A stretch of 64,000 nucleotides of DNA from Octopus sinensis (Eukaryota). A program made the position numbers and the translations under genes. The stretch covers positions 43,660,464-43,724,463 of the forward strand of contig NC_043011.1 of the NCBI RefSeq assembly GCF_006345805.1, written 5' to 3'. This document shows positions 13,741 through 26,990 of this stretch, in pieces. Position 1 is the stretch's first letter; each line of letters begins with the position of its first letter. The notes under the pieces are model-generated. The model made no database searches, had not been told where the DNA came from, and was given only the letters and a program-made list of their open reading frames with translations.

Positions 13741-14338
13741 GTTTGAGCCATTAGACAGAGGCAATGCTGGGGCACCGCCTTGAAGAGGTTTTAGTCGAAT
13801 AAACCCATCCCAGTATTTATTATTCTTTAAAGACTAGTACTTGTTTTATTGATCTTTTTGCCAAACCACTAAGTTATGACACACAAACACCACTTGCCAA
13901 GCAGTGATGGGGGACAAACACAGACACATACACACACACATTCGATGGGTTTCTTTCAGTTTCCGTTTTACAATCTTCAACACAAATTGCTAAAGTTATA
14001 GCGGGAAAAAGATCTAACTGTATATATATATATAGAAAGACTGCCGAGATAAGGGACAGTAAAAAGGAAAAGTCATTGGACTGCGACCATGCTTGGGCAC
14101 AGTCTTGAAGGGTATAACCAAAGAAATTAATCCCGGGACTTATTTTTTTAAAGCCTGGTGCATATTCTATCAATCACCAAACCGCTAAGTTACAGGGATG
14201 TAAACACACCAACACCGTTTGTGAAGCAGCGGTAGGGGACAAACACAAATACACATACATACACACATATATACATATATATTCACATATATGCATAAAC
14301 ATACATACACACACGTGCATATACACACAATTATACAC

Positions 14339-14384
<46 letters not shown>

Positions 14385-14525
14385 GATGGGTTCTTTCAGT
14401 TTACATTTACCAAACCCACTCACAAGGCGTTGGTCAGCCCAGGGTATAATGGAAGACACCCATGTTGCCGTGCTGTAGGATTGAATATCCAAGGCCACAT
14501 GCACCTTAATACACAGCCACGCCTT
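13741..14525 (-). mobile_element. Two degenerate SINE family A copies (13741-13975, 14061-14525)
   Basis: Reverse-complement matches to the tail and head modules. Confidence 0.75.
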
Positions 14526-15210
14526 GCCTATCATAATGACATATTTTTCCAACAACACAAAAATATTTTAGCAGTTTTGTTAAAAAAAACCCTTTGCGCA
14601 TCTTCCAATTTATCTTCTCATAAGACTAGCTTGTGCACAGCTTACAAATATTTTAACGATACCTTAAAACATAGTGGTTTCACAAATAAAATTATGTACA
14701 TTACAATAGTCAACCTACCTCTCAACATCAACAGAAATTATCCCAGAAATATAAAAAGTAACATGGTATAACTCACCATTCAATCAGCAAGTCTTGATCT
14801 CATTAACAAATATTTTACAAATTGTGACACATATCCCACCCAAACATAATCATCACAAGTTTATTAACAAAACAGTCGTTTTCGACTGTACCTAATTCCA
14901 AACATAAAAGAATCTAAATTATGCTTTATCAAACATAAAAGAATCTAAATAATACTCAAATGTCTATGCTGTGTAATTGTACAAACAAAGTGGACTCTCC
15001 ACTTAAAAATCGATGCATGAATAATAGTGTATGGATATAATTGTATTTGTAAATATACCTTTAACCCGTCTTTTGTCTTTTTGTGCCTGATTCACAAAAA
15101 CTGTAAAATGCTATCACAACTGTATCTATATGTGTGGTTCTTTGAAGTAGTATTCCTTTCTACTTCACTACATTAATCTAGTACCGTACGTGTATCTCTA
15201 TATGTATGTA

Positions 15211-15300
15211 CAGTGGAGCCTCGGTTTACGAACCCTCTTCATGACGAACAACACGGCTTATGAACAATTTTTCGAACGTAAAAATGTCTCAGGTAATGAA
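15211..15300 (+). mobile_element. Tigger/pogo-like terminal fragment
   Basis: TA|CAGTGGAGCCTCGGTTTACGAAC; no matching right end found. Confidence 0.45.
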
Positions 15301-15360
15301 CACACAAGCTGGCGACAATGGTTGGCAATAAAAGCTGGGAGTTGTCTTACTTTTGCTCAG

Positions 15361-15560
15361 TGCACATTCCACTTGGATTTGCTGTTCATTGTCTTGAATT
15401 TTCTATGAGAAAAATAATTCCGGTCTACAATCCTGCCATGGGAGCTGACTTAGAGATGACTGATATTGTTTCAAGACCTTCCAACCAGGTCACTGAAGAG
15501 ACGGAAGTGGAGTCTTTCATGCTCAACCTAACTGCACGCAGACATTGGAAACAGAAAGAG
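15361..15560 (+). CDS. Candidate exon (xHIPLGFAVHCLEFSMRKIIPVYNPAMGADLEMTDIVSRPSNQVTEETEVESFMLNLTARRHWKQKE)
   Basis: Acceptor cttacttttgctcag and donor GAG|gtaagt; one open frame over 200 nt. No protein family recognised and it could be repeat-derived. Confidence 0.3.
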
Positions 15561-15847
15561 GTAAGTCATAATCATCATCATCATCATCTTCATATTATAT
15601 GTATACACCCACACCCACACACATTATAGCCAAAATGCAGTGGGCAAGAACAATATGCCTCGGACAACTCTGCACATCTAGCATGACATCCCCTCCTATA
15701 CGCATGTACCTGATGTGGCACCAAATTAACAGATTGATGCAACACAATTAGATACACAATATCCTACCCATAACGGGACAGACGCAGGTTACATACCAAA
15801 CAGTCAGAAACTCATTTCTCATACATTTTGCGAAATATTTTATTAGT

Positions 15848-16250
15848 TAGGCTGTGTGGTAAGTAGCTTGCTTACGAACCACATGGTTCCGGGTTCAGTC
15901 TCACTGCATGGCACCTTGGGCAAGTGTCTTCTATTATAGCCTCTGGCCGACCGAAGCCTTGTGAGTGGATTTGGTAGACGGAAACTGAAAGAAGCCCCTC
16001 TATAGAAAGATAGATAGATAGATAGATATATATGTATGTTTGTGTGTCTGTGTTTCTCCCCCCAACATCGCTTGACAACCGATGCTGGTGTGTTTACGTC
16101 CCCATAACTTAGTGGTTCGGCAAAAGAGACCGATAGAATAAGTACTAGGCTTCCAAATAATAAGTCCTGGGGTTGATTTGCTCGACTAAAGGCAGTGCTC
16201 CAGCATGGCCACAGTCAAATGACTGAAACAAGTAAAAGAGTAAAGAGTTA
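15848..16250 (+). mobile_element. SINE family A
   Basis: Full-length match. Confidence 0.9.
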
Positions 16251-16899
16251 CAACACACATAATTGTATTCTACATTCATTAATTTCATAATTCTGTAACG
16301 ATGCCATTATGTATGAAACTTACAACTCCTGATACAGGTGTGACGTGAAAAAAGATGAAATTTCACAAGATTGTCCAGAGCAGAGAGGCTACGACTTCAG
16401 GGTTTGTTTGGGTCTTTCAGGTGTCAGCGGCCACCAACACACCACAGGTGATTGAGTAGACAGCTCAAAAGTAGCACAGACAAGGCTTTTCATTCCTGTC
16501 AGACTTTAACACTCTTTTGTATAGATGAGGAAATGATGGGCACCTCCTGCAGCAGGTGTTCATATAGCTTACCACCTATGCTGACATACTCCATCATTCT
16601 GTCATTTTCAGTGAGGGCCATTCACAGTATAAAGTAATGACTCCAGAAAGTTCTTCCAATGCCATGTGATTTACAAAAAAGTTGAAAGACGGATTCAACT
16701 TTTATTGCACAATATTGAAAAGGCACCAATTTTGTAAAATGTGTTTGGGGATAGCGGTTGCTCTCCTTGCCTTCTTATTAGATACGTTACTGATCTAATG
16801 GTAACCCGAGGAACTATAACCATTTTCCTTACATCATGTATTCCTGACAGACATCAGCATGTCAACCATATTGATTTCTTCAAACTAAAATCGTGTGTG

Positions 16900-17160
16900 C
16901 TGACCCTCCTTTCAGTACCATCTTGTGACAGGGACACTCTGAGTAGAGGGACACTCTGACAGTCCTACACATGCAGGGGACTCAACACTAATTAATGTAT
17001 GCTGTGATTGTACATGAAGTTCACGAAGTTGGATCCGCGTTAGGACCTTGATGTGCCTGCTGTAGAGAGCCTTGCAATCCGTGGTACAGAGGAGGCAAGG
17101 GAGCACTGCCGCAGAGCACACAAGAGGAGTCGCTTCTCTGTTGCGTCAAGTAGCTTCACC
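16900..17160 (-). mobile_element. Degenerate RTE-clade LINE fragment
   Basis: SAAVLPCLLCTTDCKALYSRHIKVLTRIQLR resembles the RTE pattern AVVLPTLLYGCETWTLYSRHIKKL. Confidence 0.65.
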
Positions 17161-17824
17161 CGCAGCAGGCCTTGGAGCTCACATGGGAGCTTACCTGAGA
17201 TGATCACTGAACAAGAACAGCCACCCTTGACCAATGACGGACAGCAACAGCAGCAGCAGCCGAAGAAGAAGAATAAGAAGAAGAAGATGCTCCTGCTACT
17301 GATGATGATGATGATGAAGAAGAGGGAGAAAGGGGGAGGAGAAGAAGAAGAAGAAGAAAAGAAGAAGAAAGTGGTGGTGGTGGTGGTGGTGGTGGTGAAG
17401 ATGATGATGATGAAAAGGAGAAGACAAGAAAGTGGAGGAGGAGGAGGATAAGAAAAGGAGAAGGAGGAGGAAGAAAAGAAGAAGAAGAAGAAAAGAAGAA
17501 GGAGGTTATAAACGAAGATGATATCCATGTATTACTTTACCCAAGGGCTTATAATTTTGTTAAAGAGGGTATGGCCCCTTTCCCTTAACTATATAAACAC
17601 TACAAGCCACGTCTTTCCTCCAATGGATAAGTCATTCATTTAACTGGGATATGTGTGTGCTTGTGTGTCTGCATAATGTTTAATTAGCTATAATTAGATA
17701 ATTAGCAAACATTAAACATAAGTGGTGTAATTAGTACTCATAATTTTCAGAGTAAATAAAGATTATCCACCTCTCCACTTTGGCTCTATCTATCTGTCTG
17801 TTTGTCTGTCTGTTTATTTATCTA

Positions 17825-17871
<47 letters not shown>

Positions 17872-17874
17872 GCC

Positions 17875-17921
<47 letters not shown>

Positions 17922-18025
17922 TTATCTCTTTATCTATGTCTGTTTATTTATCTCTCTGCTTGTCTCTCAGTTTATCTATCTATCTCTCTAGCCATCCATC
18001 CATCCATCCATCCATCCATCCATCC

Positions 18026-18069
<44 letters not shown>

Positions 18070-18079
18070 CTGTGTGCAT

Positions 18080-18134
<55 letters not shown>

Positions 18135-18487
18135 CACACACATGCACTTTATTTAGCACAGACTGACAGGTCACTGAATCGCTTTAAATAGATATTTATC
18201 TTGTAGTGAAAACTCCACCGGATCATTTACTATGCAAGAACGTATACCTCCATCCATTCATCAATCCATCCATACATACATACAAATCTGCACATGCACT
18301 GACTCCAAATACGGCACATGTAAACACATCCATGCAAAAACACCCTGTTGATGTTGCTGAAATTTCAATGAAAGAGCTTTGGATCTAGGTTAGACCGGTT
18401 CTTTCTCTATTGGCAAGAAATCTTGAAATAAAACAGAATGATCATACACACACACACATGTATACACACTGTATCATATATAAACCT

Positions 18488-18720
18488 CATAGTGCTCTTT
18501 ACGTTGGAGTAACAGGCTGACATCTTGATGATCTCTTTCGGCAGTAACACCTCAAGTATTTCAGTACATATTTCAGACGACCCTTTAAACTGGGCCCTGC
18601 GCCAAGAAAAGGTCCCGCGCACAAGATTCAGCGGAGGAAGCTATGATGAATTTTTAGTATACCATTGTGGTTAATGGTGGAGCCTCGAACCCTCAAAACT
18701 CTTTGGCTGAGACTGGTGTA
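18488..18720 (+). mobile_element. Possible GIY-YIG (Penelope-like) relic
   Basis: SALYVGVTG*HLDDLFRQ*HL resembles the pattern YVGETGR.L..RF.EH; heavily decayed. Confidence 0.3.
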
Positions 18721-19444
18721 CTACACGAAGCATAAAACCTCAATCTTCATCCTTTGTAGAGTAGAGGGCCCCACTGACAATTCTGTAATTGGATCACCTC
18801 TTGCTAGCAAGTTTGTGAAGGAAAGCATTTTATTTTGTTGATAAACCTTTAAATTTTAAGAATGTCTCTTAAATTTTTTATTGTCCCAGATATCGCGATC
18901 ATTTGTAGTGTATGATTTAAAGAGTTGCATTCTTTCTTCAAGACCCCAAATCCAGTCATACTTTGCTCCAGACGTGGTGGTACATATCCTGTTGTGCCAA
19001 TGATAACAGGCATAAAACTAAGGCAATGAGCTGACAGAAACGTGAGCATATTGAGCAAAATGCTTAGTGGCATTTCATCTGTCTTTACATTCTGAGTTCA
19101 AATTCCACCGGGGTAAACTTTGCTTTCCATCCTTTCGGGTTCGATTAAATAAATACCAGTTGAATACTGGAGTTGATCCTCTCCCTGAAATTACTGGCCT
19201 TGTGCAAAAATTTGAAACCAATATTAGGTATGAAACTGAGAGTAATTTTGGGTACTGATATTACAAAGGGCTTATCAATGGGTCATAGACGTTTTCTTTC
19301 TCCTGTATTTTTCGACCGCATTGGTATCCAGAGGGCAGCTGATTTCTACAGCAGAGCATATTTTTCTCTCGTGGTCCCACTTATCAATATCTGGCTGGTT
19401 GTGTTTTAAATTGGTAGCTGTTTTAATTTATAACTTCTACTAAT

Positions 19445-19850
19445 AGGCTCAGGAATGGCTGTGTGGTAAGTAGCTTGCTTACCAGCCACATGGTTCCGGT
19501 TTCAGTCCCACTGCATGGCACCTTGGGCAAGTGTCTCCTACTATAGCCTCATGCCGACCAAAGCCTTGTGAGTGGATTTGGTAGACGGAAACTGAAAGAA
19601 GCCCGTCATATATATGTATATATGTGTGTGTGTTTGTGTGTCTGTGTTTGTCACCCCCAACATTGCTTGACAACTGATGTTGGTGTGTTTACATCCCCGT
19701 AACTTAGCGGTTCGGCAAAAGAGAATGATAGAATAAGTACTAGGCTTACAGAGAATAAGTTCTGGGGTCAATTTCCTCGACTAAAGGCAGTGTTCCAGCA
19801 TGGTCACAGTCAAATGACTGAAACAAGTAAAAGAGTAAAGAGTAAAGAGT
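19445..19850 (+). mobile_element. SINE family A
   Basis: Full-length match; abuts the R4-like relic. Confidence 0.9.
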
Positions 19851-19854
19851 AATA

Positions 19855-20290
19855 TTCTTTTGACTCATCAGTCTCAATATAATCAAATTCGTCTGCTGGC
19901 ATTTCCTTTTTCCTTAACTTGTTCCAGATTGTTCTGGCCACCGCATCATACGTCACAGAAAGATAATATCTGGAAGACATTCTCTCGCATTTGACAATTA
20001 TCTGATTGGTGTCTTCTGCCTTGGCTCTGTACAGCTTACATTTGTCATCTGTCAATATTTTCTGCCTTTTACACTGCAGATGCTGGTGGGGAATTCTTGT
20101 TCTCGAATTGTAGGGACAGTAATCTTCAAAGTGGGATGTCTTAAACTACTCGGTATTCCATTCCAAGCCTTTGATATGGTTTATTCCTTTTATGGTTTGA
20201 GTCTTTCATGCCAAGTATCCATGGACTACTTTCACAATGAACTGGTCCATTTTAAAAAAATTTCGTTTTGATAAATAGAATTTACCAATT
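19855..20290 (-). mobile_element. R4/Dong-like (restriction-like endonuclease) LINE relic
   Basis: IREQEFPT...TDDKCKLYRAKAEDTNQIIVKCERMSSRYYLSVTYDAVARTIWNKL resembles the zinc-knuckle region DKCRLC..ET..HI..C..Y..RHD.VA. Confidence 0.7.
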
Positions 20291-20469
20291 CTCCTTGGGG
20301 AGAGAGAGATTTGTATCAGCTCTTATTTCATATCACTCATCAATTTCATTAGCAATCCTAATTAGGCTGTTGATTTTATAGTCACAAGACAATTACTGAC
20401 CTCTTTCCTTTGCAGCAGATGTTACTTCTGCGTCACAATGCACTTCATATGACACCGTATGTATGTATG

Positions 20470-20503
<34 letters not shown>

Positions 20504-20603
20504 TGTTTGTATGTATAGATGGATGGATGAGGAGACTTCCTCCCAAAAAGAATTACCTATATATATAAAGTGAAATTGTAAGGTACTGCACAAGTACAAA
20601 CAT

Positions 20604-20860
20604 ATATGAAAGAAAGTTTGAAAATTGCAATTTTAAAAGATGTTTATTCACTTGACTGGTTTCACTTTTTTAGAAAAAGATTGTTAAAAGTAAAAAGTAA
20701 AGCTTTGTAAAAGCTTTGTTGTGTTAAGTACTGGTTGTCACAAAATATTACAAAATAATACAAAGCTTATATAAAGCTTTACATTTTACTTTTGACAATC
20801 TTTTTCTAAAAAAGTGAAAACAGTCAAGTGAAGAAACATTTTCAAACCTTCTTTCATATA
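20604..20860. repeat. AT-rich fold-back (MITE-like)
   Basis: Arms match apart from one short insertion in the left arm; lies directly upstream of the hammerhead at 20870. Confidence 0.85.
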
Positions 20861-20867
20861 TATATAC

Positions 20868-21080
20868 ATCACACGCTGATGACGGGTCAATAACCAGAAA
20901 CCCGGGTCCGTGTGTATCATGTCAAGTTGAAGATGGGAAGGATGACTTCCCTTTGAAAATACTGAGAGGGCACAGAAAGTGTGTCAATAGCCAGCTGAAG
21001 GAGATGTCCTCCTGGGGCTTCAGGCTACTGTAGCATGCACCCTTAAGGGTTAGCCACATTTAAGTGGAAAATATACTTCA
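20868..21080 (+). mobile_element. About 210-nt hammerhead-headed repeat, copy 1 (others at 24349-24560 and 45385-45580)
   Basis: Three homologous copies share the hammerhead plus a body such as gtatcat..gaagacgggaag..gggcacaga..gccagctg..ttagccatatt. Confidence 0.75.
20870..20914 (+). ncRNA. Hammerhead ribozyme motif, same family, stem II damaged
   Basis: cacacg-CTGATGA-cgggtcaataacca-GAAAC-ccgg-GTC|cgtgtg. Core intact and stem III palindromic (ACCCGGGT), but stem II has two mismatches. Confidence 0.6.
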
Positions 21081-21280
21081 CAATACACACACATATATAT
21101 ATATAATTACAAATTGAGATAGGGGTTGTGAGTGCAACCCACCATGGGATAACATGTATCCAATATACTGCTAGTAAAGCACCCAACAAAGTTAATACAT
21201 AAATGTTAAGAATTGCGATGCAATTAATTCATTCACTGTATTATATGGGCAAAGGTAAAATGTTTTACCACAAATTAATA

Positions 21281-22011
21281 ATACAAAATAAGGAAATGGA
21301 GAAATACATCTTAATCAATAATCAACTACCAGATAATACCCAATCACATAATTTATTAAACCACTACATATGAACATTAAGGTCAAACATAATAATATAG
21401 AACAAAACAATGTACATCATTGAGTAATAAGATACAATAAGTACAGTATGTATAAGTGAATATAAATAAATACAAATATAGATATAAACTACATCTTACT
21501 GCTGTTTCAGCCATGCAGATATGGGTGCCTCATTATGCTCATATTAGCCATGTGTGATAGGTTAATATGTAGTTATAAATGAGACACTTACAAAAATATC
21601 CCAAGGCCTCTTCAGAGATTATGAAGAACAAACTAAATTAAACATGAGAATCAGAGGAGGTACACCCATATAAGAGTGGGCACATACCCATAATATATAA
21701 TATACATATACATATGAGTGCATATACCCATACTCCTATATATATATATATATATATATACATATACATAATAATAATAATATACAGCAATATACATACA
21801 TATGTTCTATATTCAAGGTTACAGTTGGTCAAAACAATATATTAGAATATTACAATATAGAAACATATTTTTTCATGTACATTGTTTTGTTCTATATTAT
21901 TATGTTTGACCTTAATATTCATATGTAGTGGTTTAATAAATTATGTGATTGGGTATTATCTGGTAGTTGATTATTGATTAAGATGCATTTCTCCATTTCT
22001 TTATTTTGTAT
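21281..22011. repeat. Long inverted repeat with 137-bp arms
   Basis: 21281-21417 versus 21875-22011. Confidence 0.9.
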
Positions 22012-22734
22012 ATATATATATATATATATATCCTCTTAATTTTGTATGTAACTAAATTTCTAAATCTCTCGTAGAGACATGTACGGTGGTGGGGCGATAG
22101 AATGGTTGTATACTGTCAATCTAACACGAACGTGACAGTAGAGGGGTACACCACCGCTGTATAGCCCTAGGAAGCATCGACGCCTCCTGATGGCTTTGAC
22201 ACATTTTTCCCTGTGTCCTTATATACATTTACGAAGGGGAGACAAACACCCCCGGCCGCCAGAGCTGCATCTAGGGACACGTGTTTCAGGATCATTGTCC
22301 TTCATCGGCCTAGAGTAGCAGACACCGGTCAGCCGGCGATATCTGTCTCGACTTCGTATTGTATATATCTATAATTCAGTGAAGTCTATTCACTGATTAT
22401 CAAAATAAGAAATACTAAATTTCTAAATCTCTCGTAGAGGCGTCGATGCTTCCTAGGGCTATACAGCGGTGGTGTACCCCCCCTACTGTCACATTCGTGT
22501 TAGATTGACAGTAAACAACCATTCTATATATATATATATATATACATATCAAAGGTAAAAGACACAATAAATGGAAATCGTCGAAACATAACAAGCAGAA
22601 AAAGGACAATAGCACAACAACGGCAAACAGGACAGAACAAGATACACGGATCATTCGTAGCCAATTGCTTTTCAGTCGGAGTCTGGAATGTCCACGTAGT
22701 TTTGCCCAATACTCTCTAATACTACTCGAAATCA

Positions 22735-23565
22735 GGCGTTTGAGTGGCTGTGTGGTAAGTAGCTTGCTTACCAATCACATGGTTCCGGGTTCAGCCCTAC
22801 TGCGTGGCACCTTGGGCAAGTGTCTTCTACTATAGCCTCGGACTGATCAAAGCCTTGTGAGTGGATTTGGCAGGCGGAAACTGAAAGAAGCCCATTGTAT
22901 ATATATATATGTTTGTGTATATGTGTTTGTCCCCCACCATTGCTCGACAACCAATAGAATAAGTACAAGGCTTACAAATGTCTGAAATAAATAAAAGTAT
23001 ATAAGAATATATATATATATATATATAATACGGAGTGGTTGGCGTTAGGAAGGGCATCAGCTGTAGAAACACTGCCAGATCAGACTGGGCCTGGTGCAGC
23101 CTTCTGGCTTCCCAGACCCCAGCTGAACCATCCAACCCATGCCAGCATGGAAAGCGGACCTTAATTGATGAGGATGATATATATTAGCTTGCGCCAGCCA
23201 CATGATTCCGGGTTCAGTCCTACTGTGTGGGACCATTAGAAAGTGTCTTCTGCTTTAGCCTCGGGCCGACCAAAATCTTGTGAGTGGATGTGGTAGACGG
23301 AAACTGAAAGAAGCCTGATGTATATATGTGTGTGTGTGCGTGTGTGTGTGCATGTCCGTGTGTGTGTGTGTGTTTCTGTGTCTGTGTTTGTCCCCCCAAC
23401 ATTGTTTGACAACCGATGCTGGTGTGTTTGCGTCTCCGTAACTTAGCGTTTTGGTAAAAGAGTAACCGATAGAATAAGTACTAGGCTTACAAAGAATAAG
23501 TCCCGGGGTCGATTTGTTCAACTAAAAGGCAGTGCTTTAGCATGGCCGCAGTTAAAATAAAAGAA
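22735..23565 (+). mobile_element. SINE family A copies (22735-22975, 23188-23565) flanking a family C copy (23030-23180)
   Basis: Direct sequence matches. Confidence 0.8.
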
Positions 23566-24308
23566 TATATTAGCCAATTTTAGGATTAATGAATTATGGT
23601 TTAGGAAGTAGGCGTTAAATGCAGTATCCAAATTGTGTTACAGGATAAGCCCCAAGTAGTGTGCCTGCAGAGCACGTTCACCACTTATGACTAACAGGTG
23701 TCATCAGCATATATATACGGCTGTGGTAAGTGGCTTGCTTACCAACCACATGGTTCTGGGTTCATTCCCACAGGCAAGTGCCATCTACTATAGCCTAGGG
23801 CTGACCAAAGCCTTATATATATATATATATATATGGTATGTGGTGAAGCAAATTTTTTGCTGAACCCTAATTATAATTATACTCATAATTATAAAATTTT
23901 ATGTATAAGTTTACCGATAATGGTTCTTTTAACATATCGAACTACTTGGTAAAATTATTAATTAATTAATTAATTTTACCCTTTATCATATATATATATA
24001 GCTGAAATTGCGAGGATGATCCGGTTCTTGACTGAAGATTGAAGGTTTGAATGTCCCGTCCGAGTTTTTTGTATCGTCTTCTAAATGTTTTGCGTTCTTG
24101 TCCCAGTTTGTATTTTTAAATATATATATAATCAAAATAAGCAACAAGGATACCCAGAGATAATGCTTATTACTCTGGATATCCTTGTTGCTTATTTTGA
24201 TTGTAATCACCCCTTTTTTTAATTATGTGGATCATACTAAATTCTGGTGCCTTTAACTTAAGTACCATATTCAACTGAATCTAAATTTTACTGAATTCAT
24301 ATATATAT

Positions 24309-24351
<43 letters not shown>

Positions 24352-24396
24352 CACACGCCGATGACGGGTCAATACTCTGAAACTTGAGTCCGTGTG
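24352..24396 (+). ncRNA. Hammerhead ribozyme motif, same family, decayed
   Basis: cacacg-CCGATGA-cgggtcaatactct-GAAAC-ttga-GTC|cgtgtg, with U4 changed to C in the core. Confidence 0.5.
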
Positions 24397-24565
24397 TATC
24401 ATAAGTTGAAGACGGGAAGGATGGCTTCCCTTTGCAAATACTGATAGGGCACAGAAAGTGTGTCTATAGCCAGCTGGAGGAGGTGTCCTCCTGGGGCTAC
24501 AAACTACAGTAGCATCCACCCTTAGGGGTTAGCCATATTCAAATGGCAAATATACGTCACTATAT

Positions 24566-24980
24566 ATCTATATATATAAAACTGTAGTTGTGTGAGTGTC
24601 TGTCCCCCTTCGATTTAGATTCCTAACTACTCCCACATTTTGCGGTGCAGTTTAACCAAATTCGGGTATCTTATAGTCGTGATTCATATCGAGCCTGTCT
24701 GAGGTGGCGTCCACGCTCAAACACCTGCACCTGTGTTTGCTTCTCCCCCTTCCCTCCCTCATGAAGCTGTGGGGAAGGGAGTGTAAGGAAATCAACGTCG
24801 TAAAGCGTTGTCAAGGAGACCAGCGTTCTTTTAGAACAACGACTTCATGGCTTGAAGACACCAAAACAGAAATGGCTAAGAAAGCCCGAATTGGCATCTA
24901 TAAGGGAAGCAACTCTCTAAAAATGCTTATATAGTTATTTCCCTTACAAACCCGAGCAACGCCGAGCGATACTGTTAGTA
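24566..24980 (-). mobile_element. Non-autonomous Helitron-like element
   Basis: Minus strand starts tactaacagtatcgctcggcgttgctcgggttt (subterminal hairpin) and ends ..acagacactcacac..ttttatatatatagat. Confidence 0.6.
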
Positions 24981-25539
24981 TATATATATAATGCTGCAAG
25001 TGTGTAAACGTACTGGCGTGCCTCAATAGCCATCAGAGAGGTTTTCCAGCGCCCCCAGCTTTTCAACCCAAGGGAGTGAATTTTTTTTAGGAGGAAGGGG
25101 GTTAAAACTTTTTTTTAGTTATGTACTCTGTTTCGTCTAATTTTCTTATCTAATTACGTAAAACTGTAAACACTGTGAAGGCAATACAAAATATACAGTC
25201 TACGTTTAATAAACATGCTGTTACTTGGTGTAAAGTTAGGACAGCATTGATGGAATAGAATACGGAACACAAGTGCGCTCACTATACGTATATGCGTGTG
25301 TGCCCATACATATATATATATATGTGCGCGCGCATGTGTCTGTGTGTGTGTGCGTATACATCATACACAGTTGTCAGTTCTTTCCACGTTTGCTCTCAGC
25401 AAACAGGAAATCTTGAAATCTTTAAAAGTTGGCAAATATAAACAGAGAAGTTGGTTCACTTGGTTGCGATTGGTTAGAGAGACACACGCAGAGACACATA
25501 CACATATAACACGTATGCGTAATGATACACAGTCACTGA

Positions 25540-25702
25540 TAGATAGATACATACATACAGATAGATAGACAGACAGATAGATAGATAGACAAATAGATAG
25601 ATAGGTAGAGAGAGAGAGAGAGAGAGATAGACAGACAGATAGATAGACAGGCAGATAGATAGATAGACAAATAGATAGATAGTCATTTAGACAGATAGAT
25701 AG

Positions 25703-25737
<35 letters not shown>

Positions 25738-25940
25738 TAGATAGATATAGACAGATAGATAGACAAATAGATAGATAGACAGATAGATAGGTAGAGCGAG
25801 AGATAGACAGACAGACAGATAGATAGATAGGTAGAGAGAGAGATAGACAGACAGACAGATAGATAGATAGATAGATAGATACGTAGGTAGAGAGATAGAT
25901 AGACAGATAGACTGATAGACAGACAGATAAATAGATAAAC
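25540..25940. repeat. (AGAT)/(AGAC)/(AG) compound microsatellite; similar at 17780-18070
   Basis: Direct inspection. Confidence 0.95.
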
Positions 25941-26990
25941 ACAGAAGGGACAAAATACAAAGTAGAGCTTTGCTTTTTGGGAAAAAGAAAAAGAAAAAGG
26001 AAAAAAGTGGGGGGGGGGGCAAATTCCGATCAAAAGGATAGACAATCAATAGACAGACAGCTGGATAGACTGATAGATAGATTAACAGGTAGTTCTACAC
26101 ACTCGTTAGAGAACAGGCGGTGATCAAAAGACCGACAGACAATCAGACAAAAAAAAAAGGTTAAGAGTTGAAGGATAAACAGAGAAAGAGGAGGTAACGC
26201 AGGGAAGATGGGAGCAAGTGTCATACGATGAGACGTGGGAGGAGGAGGAGGAAGAAGGTCTGAAAGGGGAGACATATTAAGAGGAGGAGGCAGGCAGACC
26301 ATATCTGAGATGTGCGTGTGTGTGTGTGCGTTTATGTGGTTGTATGCATGTATGTGGTTACATAAATGTGTGTGTATAGCTGTGTTTGGGTGTATGGATG
26401 TATGTATGTATGCGTGTAACTGTGTATGCATGCATGTGTGTACGTATGTGTATAAATAATGTATGGATGAATGTGTTGGGAGAAGTTTGCTTATTAACAA
26501 TCCCTGTTAATTACATAATTAGTAAGGCGGCGATTTTACGGAATTGTTTAAACGTCGGACCGAATACCTTGCGGTATTTAACCTGGTTCTTTGTGGTCTC
26601 ACGTTCAAATCCAGCTGTAGCCATCTTAGCCCGTTCATCTTTTTTGGGTCGATGAAATTAAGCATTCTAGACTAGGGCCGTGGATTAGGCGGAATTGCTA
26701 CAGCATTGCCGCTGCAATCCTCGTGTTGGTTGTGTTATATGAAGCTTGTTTCCCACTACTACATGGTTCCGGGTTCAGTCCCACTGCGTGGCACTTTGGG
26801 CAAGTGACTTTTACTGTAAGCCTTGGGCCGACCAAAGCCATATGAGTGGATTTGGTAGATGGAAACTGAAAAGAAACCTATCCCCCCACCCCCACATACA
26901 TGAGAGTCGGGGTTGATATTTCCGTCCGCGAAACAGCGATTCCGCAAAAGAAACCGATAGAATAAGCACCTGGCAAGTATAAAAAAAAAA

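Noticed and set aside
15347-15398. Alternative 52-nt minus-strand exon (KIQDNEQQIQVECALSK)
   Set aside because: Splice signals are present, but it overlaps the longer + candidate and has no partner minus-strand exons.
19858-19880. CTGATGA on the minus strand
   Set aside because: Falls in LINE coding sequence (ETDES) with no downstream stem II or GAAA pairing.
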